64,000 nt of DNA from a virus. Location of the stretch: the IMG/VR virus record IMGVR_UViG_3300036832_001488, positions 1-64,000 of that record. One strand, given 5' to 3'. Below, in pieces: positions 46,532-55,814 of this stretch (position 1 is its first letter; each line of letters begins with the position of its first letter). Under the pieces are notes generated by a model that made no database searches, was not told where the DNA came from, and saw only the letters and a program-made list of their open reading frames with translations. The position numbers and the translations under genes are program-made.

Positions 46532-47773
46532 ATGGGCGATTGTATCGTCACCCCGGTTCAGGCCGTGGACTTTGCCAACCGAGACAACAACCGTCTCGTT
46601 GGCCAGATCACCACTCTCATTATGCGGCGCGCGCCGTACAATGACACTTTAGATGGCGGCGTTTTCGAGAATGCCATTTCCGATCAACAGCGCAACGTAG
46701 TCGTTGAGCGACCGATTCTGGGCCAGTCCCTGGTTCTGCCAGAATACATCAACGACACCGATTCCTGCGGAACCTTTGGTCAGATCGCGCAAGTAGGCAC
46801 GACGGAGTATGTAACTAGGCTTGGCACGCTCAGAGGAAGAGGACCAAAAGTTTGCGTTAAGCAAATGCGCAGTGCCTTCCAAAATTCCTATGTTGCAGTT
46901 CAAGACTCACTCCAAAAACAGTTACTCTATCTGGCTAACTGCGATGTGCGTTCTCAGTTGTTTTTACATAGTGGCGTTAAGGTTAAGATTAACCAGGGCC
47001 GCACCTTTGAACAAATGGTCAATGGCGACGTTCAAATGATCGATGTTCCTGTGAACGATTCGACGCCACCGGACGCGAACCTCACCTTCAGTTTCCTGCA
47101 GTATTTGTTAGTTTTCGCGCATGAAACCTTACTCTGCGAGAGCTTCGAATCCGAGAAAGGCACGGTTGCTAAGTTCATTGGTAGTCAGACTCAGCTGAAT
47201 GTCTTCCGCGATGAGCTGAATGTTCACCAAGACTTGCAGTACCTGACCACAGGCCGCTACGAGTTAGGTAACGAATCTATAACAGGTTATACATGGGAGG
47301 GTCCATACAGAGGCATTGCGTTTGGCATAGATCAGCAGCCTCTGCGTTTTAACCAGTTTACCGTCCTCAACGGTCAGCTGATCCCGCAGTTTATCGAGCC
47401 AGAAATTGCGGTTCCGGTGACCACTGGCTTTGGCGCGCGGACTAACCCGGCTTGGCTCTATGCCCAGTACGAGGTTGGCTTCCTCATGTTTGCCAACTCG
47501 TTCCGCCGGTTAGTTCCTGAGCAATACTTAGGCGTTGGCGACTGGAAATTTCCAGCCCAGTTCGCCCAAGGAGAATTGGAATTCACGGTCATTAGAGATA
47601 ATGACTGCAACACTTACGGCGACTACGGCTATCACATCTACCAAATGATCAGGGCCTATCGGCCGGAGAGGCCTCATGCCGTGATTCCGATCATGTACAA
47701 GAGGTGCAACCCGACCTTTAACTTCCTAACCTGCCCGAGCTATCCTGGCTCTGCCAGCGGTTACGCGATGTAA
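46532..47773 (+). CDS. major capsid protein
   Basis: 413 aa, long 5' leader, terminator downstream, position between scaffold and adaptor genes. Confidence 0.75.
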   Translation: MGDCIVTPVQAVDFANRDNNRLVGQITTLIMRRAPYNDTLDGGVFENAISDQQRNVVVERPILGQSLVLPEYINDTDSCGTFGQIAQVGTTEYVTRLGTLRGRGPKVCVKQMRSAFQNSYVAVQDSLQKQLLYLANCDVRSQLFLHSGVKVKINQGRTFEQMVNGDVQMIDVPVNDSTPPDANLTFSFLQYLLVFAHETLLCESFESEKGTVAKFIGSQTQLNVFRDELNVHQDLQYLTTGRYELGNESITGYTWEGPYRGIAFGIDQQPLRFNQFTVLNGQLIPQFIEPEIAVPVTTGFGARTNPAWLYAQYEVGFLMFANSFRRLVPEQYLGVGDWKFPAQFAQGELEFTVIRDNDCNTYGDYGYHIYQMIRAYRPERPHAVIPIMYKRCNPTFNFLTCPSYPGSASGYAM

Positions 47774-47779
47774 TCAAAT

Positions 47780-47810
47780 CAGGGCGGCGAATAGCCGCCC
47801 TGTTAGTTTT
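47780..47810 (+). terminator. rho-independent terminator after capsid gene
   Basis: CAGGGCGGC-gaata-GCCGCCCTG then TTAGTTTT. Confidence 0.75.
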
Positions 47811-47931
47811 CCACCGGGAGGGGCCGGGGCTGCAACCTAAGTCTTTAACAGAAAGGAAACGCCAAGCTAGGTTACTTCAAGAACCACCTAAAAGAGAGAA
47901 ACAACGGCGGTTTCCGGCCCCTCATTTTTCT

Positions 47932-48264
47932 ATGAGTAAAACAATCGATCTCGGCAAACGTCCTTCTGATCTAGAAGACTCTATCCGGCCCAATAACAGC
48001 AAGGATGAGCCCTACTATCCTGATATCTATATCGATAGTGACGACCCGAAATTAGCTGATATCCCTGATAAAGGGGAATGCACAATCAAGTACCGGGTCT
48101 GCAGCCGGACGCACCGGGAAGAGGGAAAAGACAAGGATAAGAAGCATTCCTGTTCAGTGCGCATGGAGATCCTCTCAATCACGCCGCCTGAGAAAGACAA
48201 AAAGAAAAATGGCAGTTACGGCGATGATGCCCGCAAGAGCTTTAAAGACTACTTCAAAAACTAG
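47932..48264 (+). CDS. hypothetical protein
   Basis: Charged 110 aa post-capsid ORF. Confidence 0.65.
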   Translation: MSKTIDLGKRPSDLEDSIRPNNSKDEPYYPDIYIDSDDPKLADIPDKGECTIKYRVCSRTHREEGKDKDKKHSCSVRMEILSITPPEKDKKKNGSYGDDARKSFKDYFKN

Positions 48265-50628
48265 ATGATTATCGCCAGTCAAGTTTTCAATCAGGTGGGG
48301 CGGGTGCTAGGCACCTGCGATAGCGACTATGTCTACGATGTTTTGACCCGCGCCGTCGAGCTTTTAGCCAATAAACCCACCAAAACTAACATTCTGTGGG
48401 ACCCGATGCTGATTTACGTCGATATCCCCATAGTCGATAATTACTACGTCTGTCTGCCGCCACACGTCCAAAAGCCGGTCAAGGTCAACATCAATAAGCA
48501 GCCATCCTTCACTCGAAACCAGTTTTTTGAGTTCAGCATTAATGGCCCTGGTAGTCAGGACCCGGAGGCCAATTACAGTTGGCAAGACCGAGGCTGGAAC
48601 GCTCTGCAGAAGCCCTGGCCTGCCAGCGGCGACTTTCTTTTCATCAATTCGACTGACGCGAACGACAACAATACCCAGGTCCTAGTTAATATCATTAACG
48701 AAGACCGTTCCACCCAGTGGTTGCCAGTCTTTGTCGGCCAAGCCACCACCGTCAAAGCCTATGGGATTCAGGAAGTTTCTAAGCCGGTCACTCAAGGCAC
48801 TCTCCAGCTCTTTAGCGGGCCCTACATCATTCAATCGAAGTTAATAGCTAACTGGGGCCCCCCGGTACTCTATCCCCAGTTTGAATGGATTAAACTTTCC
48901 CAGGCCGGAGTCAGCTGCAAAATCTTAGCGCGCCGCCGGACCTATGTAATCAGCGCACCTACCGATGTCATCCCTCTCTCCAATCGCCAAGCCGTTATCA
49001 CTGCCTGTATCGCCATCAAGGCGTATGACACCCTCAACTGGGATGATGGCGGCACCGCAGAACAGAATGCGTTTCGATTTCTGGATGAGGACCAAGCAGC
49101 CCGCAACCTCTTCCAGAGAGTTTCCAATATTGCCGAAACCACTCCGACACTTAATCTCACGATCAACACCCGCGATGCCATCATTGTGGCCGACATCTAC
49201 GACTTCGCCTGCGATGTCTTCGGCCCCATAGGCCAGCAGAAAGTTTTCGACCGGATCACTGAAGCGATTGAGTTACTCTCTAACCTCGGTCCCGCCTGGG
49301 ACCCTTTGATTGGCTACGTCGATATCCAGACTTGGGATTCCTTCTACGTGACCTTGCCTTATTACGTTGATCAAGTTTTAGCGATCAATGTGAATAAGTC
49401 GACCGGCACCTTCCGAAACCAGTGGTTTGAATTCCATATGAACGGGTTAGGCCAGGACAACGATTTCGCCGACGCCGTGGGAAGCAATCGGCCCTGCGGT
49501 GGCTGGGAAGAAGTAGGGGAGTTTCCCTGCGCCTTTCCTTTATCTAGCCCTGGCTATCTCGTGGCGCAGCCGGTGAACGCGGGCGACAACGGCACCGCTA
49601 TACGGGTCTTCGGGATCGACCAGAACGATCTGCCTATCATGTCAGCTAGCGATGGTCGCCCAGGAGCCAGGATAAGTTGTGAGCAAACCGGCTACGATAT
49701 CACTGATCAGACCTATCCCTACAAGCGCGTCGACCGGGTCGTCATCGAGGGAAGTGCCCAAAGTTTCATTATGTTGTATGCAACCGACGGGACCCAGCTC
49801 TTACAGAATTTAGGGACGTTCTGGCCGGGAGTCTGTGAGCCTAGGTTCCGCGTTATCAGGATTGGCCAAAAGGCCGTGACGATCCGGCTGCGCTATAAGA
49901 AACGCTGGCTCAAAATTACCAGCTTGACTGATCCAATTCACATGCGCAGCCGCTCGGCCATGTTTAACGCCCTGCGCTCGATCCAGACGGCCACCACCGA
50001 CCCAATGAGCGCCCAGCAATTGATGATGGCCGCAAAACAGCAGCTCAACCAAGAATGGCGGGCCTCGCACCCACAGGAAGGCCTGGACCTGCAATTCGAT
50101 CCAAGCATATGGGGCGGCAGCATGATAAGCATGCCAGCTTTAGCTTTGCCTCTTGCGGCGGTTCAAGGCTTGTTCTCGCCAAGTCGCCCATTTCACATTT
50201 CCTGGCTCGTAACCGCGATTATTATCTATGCGCTCTATCGTATGGGCTGGGCTCGGCGGCTCACCAATATATTTGTAAAAAGCTTCAAAAGATTTCTGCC
50301 ATTCTGGACAAACGGTAATTCCCCTCGATTGATAGTTGCGAATCCATTTTGGTCTCGTTGGATTAAGGGCCCGTTTTTTCATATTCTGCCACGCGGAATA
50401 GACCTTGGTCTTGGATTTGCCATGCGTCTTAGAGATTTTGCTAGTCAACTCTCGGTGAAAGCATCCACAACTGCGGGTCCTACCTTCACAGAGCATGGAT
50501 CTGTAGCAAACGACCTTATTTCCGCAGTCGCAGAGACAGTTCCAGCGGACCCTTCCGAGCGCACCCCCATTTTTAGCTCGCGATTTCACGATCAAGCGTC
50601 CGAAACGTTCACCGGTCAAATCACGTAG
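48265..50628 (+). CDS. putative head-tail adaptor with two tandem homologous domains; last ~165 codons antisense to HNH gene
   Basis: Halves align (RAVELLANK/EAIELLSNL; WDPMLIYVDI/WDPLIGYVDI; RNQFFEF..NG.G/RNQWFEF..NG.G). Confidence 0.65.
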   Translation: MIIASQVFNQVGRVLGTCDSDYVYDVLTRAVELLANKPTKTNILWDPMLIYVDIPIVDNYYVCLPPHVQKPVKVNINKQPSFTRNQFFEFSINGPGSQDPEANYSWQDRGWNALQKPWPASGDFLFINSTDANDNNTQVLVNIINEDRSTQWLPVFVGQATTVKAYGIQEVSKPVTQGTLQLFSGPYIIQSKLIANWGPPVLYPQFEWIKLSQAGVSCKILARRRTYVISAPTDVIPLSNRQAVITACIAIKAYDTLNWDDGGTAEQNAFRFLDEDQAARNLFQRVSNIAETTPTLNLTINTRDAIIVADIYDFACDVFGPIGQQKVFDRITEAIELLSNLGPAWDPLIGYVDIQTWDSFYVTLPYYVDQVLAINVNKSTGTFRNQWFEFHMNGLGQDNDFADAVGSNRPCGGWEEVGEFPCAFPLSSPGYLVAQPVNAGDNGTAIRVFGIDQNDLPIMSASDGRPGARISCEQTGYDITDQTYPYKRVDRVVIEGSAQSFIMLYATDGTQLLQNLGTFWPGVCEPRFRVIRIGQKAVTIRLRYKKRWLKITSLTDPIHMRSRSAMFNALRSIQTATTDPMSAQQLMMAAKQQLNQEWRASHPQEGLDLQFDPSIWGGSMISMPALALPLAAVQGLFSPSRPFHISWLVTAIIIYALYRMGWARRLTNIFVKSFKRFLPFWTNGNSPRLIVANPFWSRWIKGPFFHILPRGIDLGLGFAMRLRDFASQLSVKASTTAGPTFTEHGSVANDLISAVAETVPADPSERTPIFSSRFHDQASETFTGQIT

Positions 50629-50637
50629 GGAGGGCAT
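50140..50637 (-). CDS. HNH endonuclease with N-terminal repeat domain
   Basis: DLTGERFGRL.V..W.C.CDCG..SCGC..HG.S....Y..W..MK.R..RGI.VC.EW..SF..F..IER.DNN.GYEP.N.KWAT..EQ..N. Confidence 0.92.
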   Translation of the reverse strand: MPSLRDLTGERFGRLIVKSRAKNGGALGRVRWNCLCDCGNKVVCYRSMLCEGRTRSCGCFHRELTSKISKTHGKSKTKVYSAWQNMKKRALNPTRPKWIRNYQSRGITVCPEWQKSFEAFYKYIGEPPSPAHTIERIDNNRGYEPGNVKWATWREQALNRRKRQS

Positions 50638-50668
50638 ATCTATCGCTGCTCAGAATTATCAGATAATT

Positions 50669-52489
50669 TTGGACGGAAATTACGTAGGTGGCGTTGATAG
50701 CTTGTTGTATCCTACGGATCTCGCGCCGTCAACTTATGCCTGGGCGGTTAATTTAGTTAACCGGGGCGGCATCGTCCAGACCCGGCCCGGTAAACGCAAA
50801 GTAGTTTCTTTCTGTGGCCGTAAAGGCCAGGGCCACTATTGGGTCCGCACCATCGGTGACCTGAATTACGAGATGGTGGCCATTGATGGGAAAATCTATT
50901 GGTCAGCTCTTCCCTTTGGCGGCGGCTGGACTCAGTTAGCCGGAGTTGCCTTTAACCCTGATGCCGCTTGGATTTATTTCCAGAACACGGTCCAGGCCCT
51001 CAAGTATGACGACTCTAACAATATCGTGCTTCTGCCTAACCCGAAGAATGTGGTCTTCATGCAGGATGGGACCAGCCAGCCTTGCTACTGGGACTTATCC
51101 GACTTTTCGAGCGGCATAGTTAATGGGAATTACGTCACGGGGAACCCGCGTAAACCCATGCCGATTGGGACAGCCATGCTCTGGCAGGATAACCGGATGT
51201 GGTTAGTGCAAGGTGAGTTAGTTTTTGCCTCTGATCTGCTTTATGCAGCCAGCTTCACTGAGGAAGAATATCTAGCCACTCAGACCGGTTTCCGCTTTCC
51301 GCGTAAGGTCATTAACCTCTTTCCCTCCCCGGTCCAGGGAGTGCAGGTTTTTACCGAAAGCTCCATGCATTCCTTGTCGAGCTTCATTCAGGACCGCACC
51401 CAGTGGCAGACCACTCCTAACTTTCAGGCCGATGTTAACTTGGAGATCGGACTAGTCGGGCCCTTTTCTTATGGGCTCTTACACGGGATGCCGTGGTTTA
51501 TGACCCACCGGGGCTTGATCAGCTATGATCGGGCCCTCACCCAGAACCTGACCACGGTGATTCTGACCGTGGACGGCGAAATGGTGCGCTCTAAGGATCT
51601 ATTCGCGCCGGATACAAGCGGCATAGTCATTGGCACCTGGGAGAACATCTTGCTTGTCGCCGTCCCGGCTAGCGCCATCCAGAACCGGCATACTTGGATC
51701 ATGGATGCGGGAATCGCGGAAAAATTAAATAACACGGCTGGCCTTTGCTGGAGCGGCATTTGGGTAGGGACTTTCCCTATCCAGTTTACCAGCCCCATTT
51801 TTAACGGCACCCAGCATCAGTACGAATTGGCCTATTCTGGCGGTTTCCTGGCGCTTAATGAGGGTGATAGCCCTAGCCCACAGCCCGAGACCGATCTGGC
51901 GCTCCAGGCTAACATCCATTTGTGGGAAAACTTCATTCCTAACCAGATAGATAATTCCGAGACGGCAGTGGCCTGCAGCTTCGAGACCAAAGCTTTCACG
52001 CTCACCACCGACGACTATTACCGGTTTGTTTTTGCCGAGTTCATGCTGGTTAACCTGAAAGGAGTGGTGCCGCTGCAGGTCTATGTGACGGGCTTAGCCG
52101 GAAACTATCAGCCGCTCTTTTCGACGACCTTGCGCGCGGATATCGGGCCCTGGGGCAATCCGGCGAATGCCACCCTCTATTACGTCAGTAAAGGCCGTAC
52201 GACCGAGTTTGAAAACTACCGCAAACAGGTCCGGCATATGCGGACTAAGGAATTTGTGGTGAAAGAAGACGGGGTCACTAGTGACGGCGCGGCCTGCTTA
52301 GAGATTAATCGTCCCGATGGGATCGATAAAGCTTTTCAACTGATGATTCAATGGCAGGGCCGCTTGGGAATCCGCATGATCAAATTCTTCTACGACCGGC
52401 AGTTGCAATCGCCCCAGGGCGTTTGCCCGCTCGACGAATCCACCACTCCAAAAATCATCTTGGAGGCAACCTATGAGCCAGTCACCTAA
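50669..52489 (+). CDS. putative tail nozzle / DNA-stabilisation protein
   Basis: GGVDS..N....G.VQTRPG, beta-propeller-like, ~600 aa, follows adaptor; true start uncertain. Confidence 0.65.
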   Translation: MDGNYVGGVDSLLYPTDLAPSTYAWAVNLVNRGGIVQTRPGKRKVVSFCGRKGQGHYWVRTIGDLNYEMVAIDGKIYWSALPFGGGWTQLAGVAFNPDAAWIYFQNTVQALKYDDSNNIVLLPNPKNVVFMQDGTSQPCYWDLSDFSSGIVNGNYVTGNPRKPMPIGTAMLWQDNRMWLVQGELVFASDLLYAASFTEEEYLATQTGFRFPRKVINLFPSPVQGVQVFTESSMHSLSSFIQDRTQWQTTPNFQADVNLEIGLVGPFSYGLLHGMPWFMTHRGLISYDRALTQNLTTVILTVDGEMVRSKDLFAPDTSGIVIGTWENILLVAVPASAIQNRHTWIMDAGIAEKLNNTAGLCWSGIWVGTFPIQFTSPIFNGTQHQYELAYSGGFLALNEGDSPSPQPETDLALQANIHLWENFIPNQIDNSETAVACSFETKAFTLTTDDYYRFVFAEFMLVNLKGVVPLQVYVTGLAGNYQPLFSTTLRADIGPWGNPANATLYYVSKGRTTEFENYRKQVRHMRTKEFVVKEDGVTSDGAACLEINRPDGIDKAFQLMIQWQGRLGIRMIKFFYDRQLQSPQGVCPLDESTTPKIILEATYEPVT

Positions 52490-52667
52490 GAATCCTAGTG
52501 ATAGCGGGGGCCCGGTCCAGGTCATCCCCCAGACCGGGATGCCGACAATCTACCAGAAACGGTCTAGGGAAGTGATCTACGACGCTTTGGGGGGTGAACT
52601 TAAATTTGTCAAAAACCCTTTTGGCCCGCAGCTCCTGATTCTATCCCGACCTAACCATCGTTGGTAA
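52473..52667 (+). CDS. hypothetical protein
   Basis: Overlapping start in tail operon. Confidence 0.5.
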   Translation: MSQSPKNPSDSGGPVQVIPQTGMPTIYQKRSREVIYDALGGELKFVKNPFGPQLLILSRPNHRW

Positions 52668-52670
52668 GCC

Positions 52671-53963
52671 ATGCCTACTTTCCAAGGTTATATCGCTTAT
52701 GCGCCGTTTCCCGAAGGGTTTGAGGGAGACATGGATGAGACGTTCCAGCAGAGCGGCCAGCTCGCGATTATCTACATCAGCGGGAACTTCCTGACCGGCT
52801 TTTATTACCCGATTGGGACAATACCTGCCCCCACCTTGCCTACCAGTGACCAGGGCCCTATTGCCCTAAATGGCCAATGGTATTTCTGGGACCCGGTGAG
52901 CGGCCAGTACTTGCCGCAGTCTAGCTCGATCAAGCCTGCGCGCAATTATGCCAAGAACGCCATCTATCAGGTTCAGCAGTTGGGAAGCGCCTTTAATTCG
53001 CTGCCCGCCGGAGTCAATAGAACCTATGACATGGTCTTGAGCCGGGTCACCCAGTCCAATGTTTTATCGGTCGCCCTGGATGTAGGCCCAGCGGCCAGTG
53101 TCGACACAGATTATATCGGCAGCGCCATCAAATACACGGTCGGCACCACCCTGGTCCCGACTCTGGGTGCAACCGATCTTTTTGCGCACGAGCACCTGAT
53201 TGAGGGCAGTGATATTGCCGGAATTCAAGGCGAGATATTAAGCCTCTCCTTCAGTGTCAAGGTTAATCAGCCGGGGAATTATTCGGCTTACCTGACCTCT
53301 AATGGCCGGGATGCGAGCTACGTTTCCCCTTTCACGATTGCGACCGCCAATACTTATGCCCGGATCAAGATTAATAATATCCCGGCGTTACCGACCGGCA
53401 CGGGCACTTGGAACTTCGGGGAAGGCCAGACCGGGCTTTATCTAGGCGTCGTGATGGGAGTCGGTGCCCAGTATCAGACGGCGACTCCCAAGCAATGGGT
53501 GGCAGGGTTCTTTGCGGGAACGGCGGCTAACTCCAACATGCTGACCGTTACTACCAACCAAATTACGGTGACGGCGATCAAGCTCGAGTCCAGCCCCAGT
53601 GCCAGCTATTTCACCGCCAATTCTTTAGAGACCGATCTTCACGATGCAATCCGGTACTATTTTACGAGCTACGACTACCAATCGCTTACTAGCGGGGTCC
53701 AGATACCTACGGTCAGTCAAGGGACCAACCTTCAGTATTGGCGTTTCATTTTCCCGCGCCGGATGTGCAAGGTGCCAACGGTTATTCCTTACGGGGCCAT
53801 CTCCAACACGGCTGCTTTTGTCACCAACATAAGCACCTCGACCGATGTTGCCCAGGCCACGTTAGTAGCTCATCAGAAAGGTATCGTCGCTAACACTACA
53901 GCCACCAGTGCCAAGGGAGATGTATTTGGAGCAAATTTCACCGCCGATGCAAGACTCGCCTAA
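52671..53963 (+). CDS. tail fibre / tail structural protein
   Basis: LPTSDQGP..W.FWD; H.IEG..I..LSLSF.VK...G; C-terminal MCKVPTV..ADARL. Confidence 0.7.
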   Translation: MPTFQGYIAYAPFPEGFEGDMDETFQQSGQLAIIYISGNFLTGFYYPIGTIPAPTLPTSDQGPIALNGQWYFWDPVSGQYLPQSSSIKPARNYAKNAIYQVQQLGSAFNSLPAGVNRTYDMVLSRVTQSNVLSVALDVGPAASVDTDYIGSAIKYTVGTTLVPTLGATDLFAHEHLIEGSDIAGIQGEILSLSFSVKVNQPGNYSAYLTSNGRDASYVSPFTIATANTYARIKINNIPALPTGTGTWNFGEGQTGLYLGVVMGVGAQYQTATPKQWVAGFFAGTAANSNMLTVTTNQITVTAIKLESSPSASYFTANSLETDLHDAIRYYFTSYDYQSLTSGVQIPTVSQGTNLQYWRFIFPRRMCKVPTVIPYGAISNTAAFVTNISTSTDVAQATLVAHQKGIVANTTATSAKGDVFGANFTADARLA

Positions 53964-53964
53964 A

Positions 53965-54357
53965 ATGCCTGATAAAGAGGGGATGTCCCTGATCCGCATC
54001 AACAATGAAAAAGAGATGCGTAACTGGGGAGTCGACCTTCTTTCCCGCGACCTCTGGGGCGGTGATTGTCCGCGCCAGTACCCGGTTTACATCGTCTTCT
54101 ATCACGGCCAGCCGGTAGGCTATTTCCTAACTGTTCAGCAGTTTGTGGTTTACCCGGCGCTGCACCCGGAGCGGATAAGTCCACGGGAGTTTCTGAAGAT
54201 TACCCGCAGTCTGGTGAGCGAATTTAAGCGCATGGTGGGCAATCCGATCTTTATGATGTGCAAAAAAGATCAGGAGTTCGGAGCTAACAATTTTAGGCGG
54301 ATTCGGCTCAAGCGAGCCGACGAAACGGCTTATATCTACGACGAAGAGGCCCCATGA
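53965..54357 (+). CDS. possible GNAT-fold virion assembly protein
   Basis: G.PVGY..F.RI.L pattern; precedes ejection-type genes as T7 gp13-like genes do. Confidence 0.45.
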   Translation: MPDKEGMSLIRINNEKEMRNWGVDLLSRDLWGGDCPRQYPVYIVFYHGQPVGYFLTVQQFVVYPALHPERISPREFLKITRSLVSEFKRMVGNPIFMMCKKDQEFGANNFRRIRLKRADETAYIYDEEAP

Positions 54358-55814
54358 GATTGTTTGATTTCATAGTATGGCTATTTGGTCCCCGCTACTT
54401 TGGTGGCGGCGGGGGCGGTGGTTCTAGTCAATTTAAGGCTCAAGGCACTCCTCCTGGCTTTGATTACCAAGCCGCCCAGGGCCTTAACCAGATGGCTATT
54501 GGCGGCGATATCCAAAGTTATGCTTTAAGTGACGCCGACTTTGCTAACCGTTATCCGGCGCTGCAGAATGCGTACAACCAGTGGCAAGCTAATCTAGGTA
54601 ACCAAGTTAACGCTGCCGGAACGGCTACCGCAGGCCTCCAGAATGTAATGGGTGGATTAGGTAACCAGATCGCGGGCCGTAACGCCACTCCGACAACGAC
54701 TGACATCAATGCGATCCGTAATGCGGCTTCGACTGCCGCTGGCGCAGTAAAGCCAATTATGGGCCTGGGAGCCCAGCAGGCCGGACTTGCTCAACCCATT
54801 GCGAACGCAGGCGCACAGATCGGCCAGATGGGCGGGCAGCTCGCCGGGATGGCTGCGACTCCTTACGCTCTGGGCCAGCAGCTGTTGCAGGAGCCGATTG
54901 ATCCTAACACCCAGCAGCAGATGATGCGGGCCGGGTTAGGAACCACCTTGGGCGCTGGGTTAGGTGCCGCCTCACTTGGCCAGGGCATGGCCGGACAAAG
55001 CGCAGCCGCGCGCCAGCTAGGCTTAAACACCGTGCAGTATGGACAAGCCATGCGGGGCGAGGCCATGGGCGACATCTCCCAAGCCGCATCGATTTTGGGC
55101 CAGGGTGGGCAGCTCTCCGGCCTTGGCGCGCAGACTCTGGGGCTAGGCTCGACGACTCTAGGCCAAGGGGCCCAGACCTTAGGGCTAGGAGCCCAGACCG
55201 CAGGTCAGGCTGGCCAACTTTCGGGTGCTGCCCAACAAGCCCAGGAACAATACGGGATGGATACAGCCCAGATGGCGAACATCTACGGCAATTTGCAGAA
55301 CCAGCAGGCCACCAATCTGATGCTCAATATGCAGACTGCCGGGAACATGTTCCAGAAGCGGCCCTTCGGGTTAGGCGGAACTAACATGGCCCAGACCGAG
55401 CTGGGGCAGGCTGGGGCTTATAATTCGTTCCAGCAGGCCAATTACGCCACCATGAATGGCATCGCCTTTAACCAAGCTCAGCTCAATGCTCAGAACCAGC
55501 AGATGGCGGCTCAGCAGCAATCGGCTACGACTGGAGCCTTGGTTTCAGCCGGTTCGACTGCAGCCATGGTTGGAGCCACTGCCGCAGGCGCGTGTTGGAT
55601 AGCGCGCGCCGCCTTTGGGGAGAATTCGCCTAAATGGCGAATATTCCGGCACTGGCTGATGAATAAAGCCCCCAGGATCGTCCGCAGAACCTACCTAGTG
55701 TATGGACCCTCCTTTGCCCCGAAAGTGCGTGCAAACAGGCTGCTAGGGGCCTTAGTGAGGGGATTTATGACCCTCGCCATTAACCGGACCACCTATGTAT
55801 GTCTACCCGCTTAG
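54354..55814 (+). CDS. Gly/Gln/Ala-rich ejection (pilot)-type protein with C-terminal CFI-box-like domain
   Basis: N-terminal FGGGGGGG; QTLGLG heptads; C-terminal CWIARAAFG..W..FR.WL..AP..Y..YG. Confidence 0.7.
   Translation: MRLFDFIVWLFGPRYFGGGGGGGSSQFKAQGTPPGFDYQAAQGLNQMAIGGDIQSYALSDADFANRYPALQNAYNQWQANLGNQVNAAGTATAGLQNVMGGLGNQIAGRNATPTTTDINAIRNAASTAAGAVKPIMGLGAQQAGLAQPIANAGAQIGQMGGQLAGMAATPYALGQQLLQEPIDPNTQQQMMRAGLGTTLGAGLGAASLGQGMAGQSAAARQLGLNTVQYGQAMRGEAMGDISQAASILGQGGQLSGLGAQTLGLGSTTLGQGAQTLGLGAQTAGQAGQLSGAAQQAQEQYGMDTAQMANIYGNLQNQQATNLMLNMQTAGNMFQKRPFGLGGTNMAQTELGQAGAYNSFQQANYATMNGIAFNQAQLNAQNQQMAAQQQSATTGALVSAGSTAAMVGATAAGACWIARAAFGENSPKWRIFRHWLMNKAPRIVRRTYLVYGPSFAPKVRANRLLGALVRGFMTLAINRTTYVCLPA

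Noticed and set aside
47610-47645. Capsid GDYGY resembling the MCR thioglycine context GFYGY
   Set aside because: Only 4 of 5 residues match, and the same 5-mer occurs in the unrelated 8151 ORF, so chance is likely.
48262-48267. Readthrough fusions at TAG-ATG (48264/48265) and TGA-ATG (63120/63121)
   Set aside because: In frame, but each downstream gene has its own ATG and natural N-terminus; this is ordinary tight packing.
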